NCBI GenBank assembly: GCA_051294375.1
Contig: JBJCIZ010001578.1
Coordinates: forward strand, 1 to 5,050
DNA length: 5,050 nucleotides
Direction of reading: 5' to 3'
From: Paraspadella gotoi
Taxonomy: Eukaryota > Animalia > Chaetognatha
Shown here: piece by piece, positions 1 to 5,050 of the stretch
Layout of the letters: each line of letters opens with the position of its first letter
Position numbering within the stretch: position 1 is the first letter of the stretch
Translations under genes and position numbers: made by a program
The notes under the pieces: model-generated
What the model saw: only the letters and a program-made list of their open reading frames with translations
What the model was told of the DNA's origin: nothing
Databases searched by the model: none

Positions 1-400
1 AAAAATGAAGACAATGTAACTCCAAAAAAAGTCCCAGAATTTTGAGGGAGATCGAGTTGAGACGATCGCTCTCGGGAACCAAGAGACACAGACTTTAGAC
101 AGAGAGCCCAGCACCAGGATCGAACGAGGCTTTGACGACCCATTCCGCTCCATGGGATCTCGATCGAAGTTGGATAATAGATACTGTTTTGTTGGCGAGG
201 ATCTCGCCGCCCTGAATTTCGAGTTTGAAGACGAGTTTGAAGGTAAGGTTCGATTGACAAAGATCGTTGCATCATTAAGATCGACAATTGGCCTTTCCAG
301 CCTCTGGTTTATAACAATGTTTTCTATTTCAAATGGGATCTTTAAATTTCTCCATCGATGTGAAGCGTAATTTATTGCTCTTGGTAAATAGTCATTGTTA
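1..400 (-). CDS. Probable coding exon of an unknown protein, running off the left edge of the window
   Basis: The minus frame has no stop from 399 to the window edge (133 codons: NNDYLPRAINYASHRWRNLKIPFEIENIVINQRLERPIVDLNDATIFVNRTLPSNSSSNSKFRAARSSPTKQYLLSNFDRDPMERNGSSKPRSILVLGSLSKVCVSWFPRAIVSTRSPSKFWDFFWSYIVFIF). It begins right after an AG acceptor candidate (TCAATTAAAG at 410-401). It is missing from the ORF track because it has no stop inside the window. No family recognised. Confidence 0.5.
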
Positions 401-451
401 CTTTAATTGATGCGATTAAACATTTCCCGACTCTAGTTTAATTAACTTTAC

Positions 452-675
452 ACAATAAATTGATTAGTAAATCCGCCGAAGCTTCGATGCTGAGATGCGA
501 TTCACCGTCTTATGAGAATCGGAATACTTTAGTTAAGATGTTGATTTTATTAGGGAATCGAAACAATTTTTTTACTAACTTTGTTTTTCTCTCAGACAAC
601 TGATCTCTGTTCCTCACCCATAACTAACTATAATGAAATGCCGGCGTTAAGGTTTATCAACACTATCCGAGTCAT
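452..675 (-). CDS. Tentative upstream exons of the left-edge gene (675-664, 623-580, and 526-506 or 526-452)
   Basis: GT...AG introns at 663-624 (40 nt), 579-527 (53 nt), and either 505-401 (105 nt) or 451-401 (51 nt) are all phase-compatible with the 400-1 exon, giving MTRILWVRNRDQLSERKTNIPILIRR... The 451 donor would leave an in-frame TGA at 504-502. Hand-built model. Confidence 0.25.
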
Positions 676-682
676 CGTCGCT

Positions 683-703
683 GTACGCGGTACGCGGTAC
701 GCG
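683..703. repeat. Perfect tandem repeat (GTACGCG)x3
   Basis: Read directly: 683-689, 690-696, 697-703. Confidence 0.95.
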
Positions 704-738
704 AGAATAAAGGATATAAATAAACATAGTAATTCTGC

Positions 739-759
739 TGACGTTTATATTTGACGTCA
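739..759. promoter_or_regulatory. CRE/ATF-type bZIP palindrome TGACGTCA (752-759) with a TGACGT partial site (739-744)
   Basis: Exact match to the canonical CRE octamer, in AT-rich intergenic DNA upstream of the putative minus-strand gene. Function is inferred only. Confidence 0.35.
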
Positions 760-854
760 TCGTACTTTTTATAATAAGGCCTTAAAATGAATTAAAAATG
801 AAAATTAACGTCTCCTAAAAATACGATGGAAGACGAAATCACTAATCAGAGTCG

Positions 855-893
855 AATTCATCCCTAAATTATAATTCATCCCTAAAGTATAAT
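855..893. repeat. 18-bp tandem duplication AATTCATCCCTAAA(T/G)TAT x2 plus AAT
   Basis: Copies at 855-872 and 873-890 differ by one base. Each contains CCCTAAA. Confidence 0.9.
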
Positions 894-993
894 CTGAGCA
901 ATCTCGACCAAAGTCACTCGTGGGATCGAATATCAAATCGAATCCAGATGACATCAGAGTTACAATACCACATCAACTACATACATTTTTTTT

Positions 994-1013
994 GGGTGGG
1001 GACGGGTTGGGGG
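994..1013 (+). other. Canonical G-quadruplex-forming motif GGG-T-GGGG-AC-GGG-TT-GGGGG
   Basis: Four G-runs of at least 3 with 1-2 nt loops, in otherwise AT-rich DNA. Confidence 0.7.
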
Positions 1014-1302
1014 AACCTTTGGCCTATATTTTCACGTTTATTTATAGCCAATTTCCTTTTTATATCTAATATCGATAAAATAGTTTTTAACGACTTGTCA
1101 AAAAAATTATACGCTTGAAACACTTTGAAAAAGAATAAAACCGAGTATTTTGTATTTTTTATAAGATGGGGTGCAAGGAGTTTTCCTTGCGTAATTTTCC
1201 CTCCTTTCTACCTCCTTCGTCTTTGGGTCCTCCCTTTTTGGCGCTGTTTTCCCTTCGTTAACCCCGCGGGTTTCGAACCCCGAACCCGGCGCCACTCGAA
1301 AA

Positions 1303-1815
1303 ATGCCGCTTAAAAAAAGTTCGATCTTCTTTTTTGGTTTTGACAAAGACGAGGACGACTTCGTCACGGAATGTGCCACTCGTGTATTCCTTTTCGATCA
1401 AAATTTTTTTTAATTATTCATTTTACTAATAAAATCAGTTCACAAAAAATTTTATTTAATAGCTTCTGTCTATTTCATTCCTCGTTGGGTATCAGTGCTT
1501 AACTCTTATTATCTTAATCTAATGTTGCTTGTTGGAACTCTGTTCATTGGTTATAAGGTCACAAAAACTATGTCGCAAACCCTCTCGATATCGTCTGACT
1601 ACCAGGCCCTTGATATAGTAGCCATTTATAGGTTTTTTCTTTTCCCTATTCCCAATAATTTTTTTAGTCTCATTATTACCAACATGGAAATACCAATATA
1701 TTAATTAGTTTTTCTCCATTCTTTCCTTATCCCATCTTTTCAAAGGTACAATTTAATGATTTGTTACTTTAATTATCTTTTCTTCTCTCTCTAGCCCCTT
1801 GAACTCGATGCATAA
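1303..1815 (+). CDS. Tentative small 4-exon gene (1303-1381, 1463-1631, 1709-1745, 1795-1815), about 101 aa with one hydrophobic segment, unknown function
   Basis: The ATG sits in AAAAATG context. Three GT...AG introns (1382-1462 with a CTAAT branch-like motif, 1632-1708, and 1746-1794 with a strong pyrimidine tract) join in consistent phases to give MPLKKSSIFFFGFDKDEDDFVTECATPSVYFIPRWVSVLNSYYLNLMLLVGTLFIGYKVTKTMSQTLSISSDYQALDIVAIYSFSPFFPYPIFSKPLELDA*. AATAAA follows at 1824-1829. Competing minus-strand ORFs overlap it. Confidence 0.3.
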
Positions 1816-1823
1816 TACCTCAA

Positions 1824-1829
1824 AATAAA
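1824..1829 (+). terminator. Candidate polyadenylation signal AATAAA
   Basis: Begins 9 nt after the TAA of the tentative plus-strand gene and is followed by T-rich sequence. The motif is common in AT-rich DNA. Confidence 0.25.
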
Positions 1830-2390
1830 ATGGTTTTTAAAAATGTTAAAATTATTTTTATTCTGATTTCTTTTGAATCACTAATTTTAAGATTCTGCAA
1901 AACATTTAATCATCATAATAAGTAAATTAGTCCTTTGGTTGTTTTCCCGGCAAATTGTAAAGTGTTTATTAACTTTTCATAGTAAATTTATGGTACATAT
2001 TTTCGAAGTTTCATATTTTACATATCTACGCATAATTAAAATTTTTTTTGGCCCACATGGTTTTTGAGAAGAAAATATGTAGACGAGAAGAGGAGGGAAA
2101 GAGAGAAAGATGGAATGCGTTGTACCTTTTTTTCTCATTACCTGCGTCTCCCTCCAAAACTAATTAATATACTGATGAAAACTTGGTAATTCTCGACCAA
2201 TACTCACTATCTCATCACTGAAGTATTATTTTGTTAATTATATTAAAAAAAAATTCATATAAATCATTTAAAATAAATTGATGAAGAAAATTTTCAAAGC
2301 TCCGAATTGAGTTCAGATGTTCTAGGACAGGAGAAAGTGAAGGGAAGGGAAGGAGAGTGATAGTAAATTTGAGATTGGTGCAAAAAGAAA

Positions 2391-2404
2391 GAGAGAGAGA
2401 GAGA
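2391..2404. repeat. (GA)7 microsatellite, i.e. (TC)n on the minus strand at a putative intron 5' end
   Basis: Read directly. Confidence 0.9.
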
Positions 2405-2881
2405 CTTCTTCAATACATTTGGCAATGTAACCGTGAACTAGATAGCTGAAAACGATATAATATTAAAGTAACGATCAGACCTCTGAACCCCTCTTTGAAC
2501 CGTGTGATGGGGACGACTTTCACATCTCCCTTCCAAGCTCCATTCATTCGCTATATCAACAATCCTGTTGGTGGATGCACTCCCTCCCTCAACTGCTCTC
2601 TCCATCCCTCAGTCCCTCGCCATCTCGTGCTTGATTCCTCCTTCTTCCCCATCTCCAACGTGGTTCAGGCCGGTCGATCGATCCTTCCTAGCATGGGCAA
2701 TTGAACTATTCCTGACTGCTCTCCTGCCAGCCTCTGCCTAGGCAACCTTGCTTCCATGCATCTCCTCAGACACTACTCTTTTCTCTCCGCAAACAACCCC
2801 AAAATGATCATAGCTAAACTTCGGCGAACAACACCCATTCGATTTCGAAACATCACCAACACTTCTCAATTGTCGAAGATT

Positions 2882-3503
2882 TCACATCTAGACTATATGT
2901 ATAGTCTCAATCTTAAAGCAATTTTAAAGCATATTTCGCTTCTGACCTCCCACGGGCGGCGCGATCGAAAGCTCTTCCCAACAATGCCGTGCAGACTCCA
3001 ATAGAAATTTCCAGTGACTCGAGATCTTTGCAAACTCGTTCTCTCCAATACGCGGCGATCTTCATATGTTGATAGATATATCTTTCTCATTTGCATGGGG
3101 CTCATATTGATCCGATTCTAAAAATGTAAAAACCTCAGAGCTCTAAAAGGGAGTGTTAATTTATTGAAAAGAGTAAAGTGAACCCCAATATGTAGTTTGT
3201 ATAAACAAGAACTATACCGAAGAGGTGTATATTTCAAATATGGGGAAACCACATTTATTCTCTTCCTCAGTCAGAAAGTGACGGCAAAAGGAGGCAAACC
3301 CCATTTCTGATAGGCGAATATGTGTATCTCGTGTTACAAATAAAGCGATCTTTAGAAGCTTTCGACTAGACTATCAATATACAGTACCTCTAACCTTCTG
3401 TTTGGCTCTCTTTCCTCCTTCTTAGCTTGGAATTCGGACGATTTTCGCACGATGCTCTCTGTACCAACGCTCTGGAAGGCGGTTCCCTTCCACTGTTTGG
3501 CAT
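2882..3503 (-). CDS. Longest stop-free spliced ORF I could build in the minus unit (3503-3395, 3306-3218, 3117-2947, 2887-2882; 124 aa, unknown)
   Basis: Phase-consistent joins give MPNSGREPPSRALVQRASCENRPNSKLRRRKESQTEEMGFASFCRHFLTEEENKCGFPIFEIYTSSNRINMSPMQ...RSRRPWEM*. It incorporates most of track ORF 2893..3105. No recognisable domain. Confidence 0.2.
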
Positions 3504-3921
3504 TGTGAGATACTCGAGATTACAGGGTTACACTTGAACCCATTTTTGCTAATTCACTCTGGCACAGATTTTTTCAATAACACGATCCAGCCACCTCTTG
3601 TTTCTGGCAAAAAAAAAACAGGCAGGAAGCAAAATACAAAATTTTGAGTGTGGTCGGAGATTTTTCCAATTACAAAGCTTTCGCCATGATTATGGTAGTT
3701 GGAAAGTATTTTTAAAGATTCAAACTTACGATTGATTGAAATGGATCGATCGATCGTTCGTCAACCCAGTGGCCACGCCCACTTTCGGTTTTTAAAACGA
3801 TCAATGACACTTTTTTCTTGCTCATTTCCAGAAATCTTGTTGAAAATCTACATGAAAATCATAAGTTACCATAAGAAGTATAAGATATTTGGAAAGGAAG
3901 TACTAAACGCGTGTTGCCTTA

Positions 3922-3961
3922 TTAATATTTAATATTTAATACTTAATATTTAATTTTAATA
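3922..3961. repeat. AT-rich 7-mer tandem repeat (TTAATAT), about 5.5 copies
   Basis: TTAATAT TTAATAT TTAATAC TTAATAT TTAATT TTAATA. Confidence 0.85.
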
Positions 3962-4012
3962 ACGGAATTTAGGGTAAGAAATCAAGCGATTAAGGTTTAC
4001 GGTTTTTTCGGA

Positions 4013-4055
4013 TTAGGTTAGGGTTAGTGTTAGGTCGTTAGCGTTGAGGCGTTAG
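4013..4055 (+). repeat. Degenerate telomere-like (TTAGGG-type) interstitial repeat
   Basis: TTAGG TTAGGG TTAGTG TTAGGTCG TTAGCG TTGAGGCG TTAG. A further TTTAGGG lies at 3968-3974. Confidence 0.55.
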
Positions 4056-4346
4056 TTATTTTTTTTTTTAAGTTTTCAGAAACCTATTCAGCGTTAAAAT
4101 TATATTCTGGATAAAGGAACAGAAAAAGAGCCACTCTCGGAAAATAAAGCCAACATTTTTTCACGGTTTTCAATTTTTCTCTATTGATCGAAATCCGAAC
4201 CAAATGATTCTGTCAAACTTTTGATTTCCTTCAAATCTTCGTTAGCCTTTTGTTTTTATTAGTCTCCTAGCGACGGTCTGTGGAAAAAAGTAAACAAGAT
4301 TAAGCCTAGAATAAAATTCAAGGACGACGATATTCAATCTGAATTC

Positions 4347-4361
4347 GTTGTTGTTGTTGTT
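4347..4361. repeat. (GTT)5 microsatellite
   Basis: Read directly. Confidence 0.9.
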
Positions 4362-4436
4362 TTTATTTCGCGGAGAAGAAACTCTTACGTTCGCGGCAAT
4401 CGAGCAGACCTGGCGACACGCCAGGGGGCTCTCGCG

Positions 4437-4467
<31 letters not shown>

Positions 4468-4496
4468 TTCTCTCTATCTTTCTACTCTCTCTACTA

Positions 4497-4528
<32 letters not shown>

Positions 4529-4552
4529 GCCTCTCTCTCTCTCATTTTCTCT
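4437..4552. repeat. Interrupted (CT)n microsatellite / polypyrimidine tract
   Basis: About 115 nt of nearly pure C/T with sporadic A interruptions and a single G. Confidence 0.95.
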
Positions 4553-4578
4553 AATCTTCCTTTAAATGACGCAATTAG

Positions 4579-4630
4579 TTGCCGCTCGCAGAAAGGACCG
4601 ACTGCGCCTTGTTTCTAGAAAAATCCCCAG
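4579..4630 (+). CDS. Tentative internal exon between two CT-rich introns
   Basis: TTAG acceptor at 4578 and CAG|GT donor at 4631. It encodes LPLAERTDCALFLEKSP-G in phase with the 4812 exon. It could instead be a 5' UTR exon. Confidence 0.25.
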
Positions 4631-4651
4631 GTCGTTAATAACGCATTGATA

Positions 4652-4747
4652 CTCATCTCTCTCTCTACTCTCTCTCTCATCTATCTCTCTCTCTCTCTCA
4701 AATCTCCATACCTCATCTCTCTCTCTCCCATCAATCCCTCTCCCTCC
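4652..4747. repeat. Interrupted (CT)n microsatellite / polypyrimidine tract
   Basis: Read directly. It lies within the putative intron 4631-4811. Confidence 0.9.
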
Positions 4748-4811
4748 AAACAAGTTATTACCGTATAATTTTAACTAAACAATTATTATTCTTTTCCTCA
4801 TTTCTACAAAG

Positions 4812-5011
4812 GAAATTCGTTTACGATGATGCACGGCCATCAAAATAAAAGAGTCCAGACCCTTCGATCTGTTCTCGACAACAACAAAAACAACGAACAA
4901 CAACAACGACCAACGAACGATGTTTACGTGATGGACACACCGTCGTCGTCGTCGTCGTCGGCGTTTCGTCCCGCCGAGATAAAAGGACCGGGAGAAAAGA
5001 AAAAAGAAAAA
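4812..5011 (+). CDS. Probable coding exon of an unknown low-complexity (N/Q/S/K-rich) protein, continuing beyond the right edge
   Basis: Pyrimidine tract and AAG acceptor at 4811. The open frame reads NSFTMMHGHQNKRVQTLRSVLDNNKNNEQQQRPTNDVYVMDTPSSSSSSAFRPAEIKGPGEKKKEK (ATG at 4826), with trinucleotide repeats in frame as N/Q and S runs. GT at 5012 is followed by (CT)n. Confidence 0.55.
4941..4960. repeat. (CGT/TCG)6 trinucleotide repeat, poly-Ser in the plus-strand exon
   Basis: Read directly. Confidence 0.9.
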
Positions 5012-5019
5012 GTCCATTA

Positions 5020-5050
5020 CTCTCTCTCTCTCCTCTCTTCTCTTCTCTCT
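5020..5050. repeat. (CT)n microsatellite, truncated by the window edge
   Basis: Read directly. Confidence 0.9.

Larger units (their letters stand above)
2142..3825 (-). other. Multi-exon minus-strand transcription unit (orphan gene, pseudogene or spliced ncRNA)
   Basis: A series of GT...AG intron-like segments, several with pyrimidine tracts on the minus strand: 3729-3604 (GTAAGT...T-run GCCAG), 3394-3307, 3217-3143 or 3118, 2946-2888, 2480-2446 or 2438, 2405-2322, 2207-2160 (GTGAGT), and a CAG|GTAATG donor at 2141. They separate GC-richer blocks. No single long ORF. Confidence 0.4.

Noticed and set aside
90-270. Faint resemblance of IFVNRTLPS…NGS…SK to RimK-like ATP-grasp N-terminal motifs
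   Set aside because: Only a few residues match and I cannot verify the spacing. It needs an HMM search, so no product was assigned.
152-370. Plus-strand 72-aa ORF from the track
   Set aside because: It overlaps the longer minus-strand open exon (400-1), which has splice support, and is most simply its antisense shadow.
1239-1294. tRNA gene
   Set aside because: It has a TTCGAA loop-like motif and a closing stem but only about 55 nt, no D or anticodon arms, and an imperfect T stem.
2168-2226. C/D box snoRNA (TGATGA 2173-2178 … CTGA 2218-2221, short ATAC/GTAT stem)
   Set aside because: The box spacing is short (49 nt), there is no purine before box C, I recognise no rRNA-complementary guide, and the sequence is better explained by minus-strand splice signals.
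2710-2750. SRP RNA-like fragment (GGTTGCCTA on the minus strand)
   Set aside because: Only a 9-nt match. The conserved helix-8 motif and the Alu domain are not present.
2495-3004. Plus-strand ORFs 2495..2704 and 2756..3004
   Set aside because: They have no recognisable motifs and lie antisense to a region whose splice signals point to the minus strand.
4242-4753. Track ORFs 4242..4454 (-), 4348..4554 (+) and 4562..4753 (-)
   Set aside because: They are open largely because (CT)n/(GA)n tracts lack stop codons (LSLSLS, RERERE). The NKNNNNN part of 4242..4454 cannot be fully excluded as a real exon.
4775-5017. Minus-strand 80-aa ORF with poly-Arg
   Set aside because: Antisense shadow of the plus-strand N/Q/S-rich exon 4812-5011.
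1-5050. CRISPR array, transposase/RT/integrase ORF, long terminal or inverted repeats, rRNA
   Set aside because: I saw no repeat-spacer periodicity, catalytic motifs, long repeats or conserved rRNA segments.

Overview
AT-rich sequence that looks like eukaryotic (protist-like) nuclear DNA. Short GC-richer exon-like blocks alternate with roughly 40-180 nt GT...AG intron-like blocks, there are many (CT)n/(GA)n and trinucleotide microsatellites, and CpG is not obviously depleted. I recognise no protein family, RNA gene, transposase, CRISPR array or prokaryotic operon structure. Most ORFs in the supplied track look like antisense shadows or read-through into introns. By hand I can build four tentative spliced units: (1) a minus-strand gene running off the left edge (open exon 400 to <1); (2) a small 4-exon plus-strand gene at 1303-1815 followed by AATAAA; (3) a multi-intron minus-strand unit at about 3825-2140 with no long continuous ORF; (4) a plus-strand gene with CT-microsatellite introns running off the right edge. 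Two intergenic regions (about 676-1300 and 3830-4260) look like divergent promoters. Both carry ACGCG motifs and telomere-like repeats, and the first also has a CRE palindrome and a G-quadruplex motif. All gene models are low-confidence inferences that need RNA-seq or homology support.
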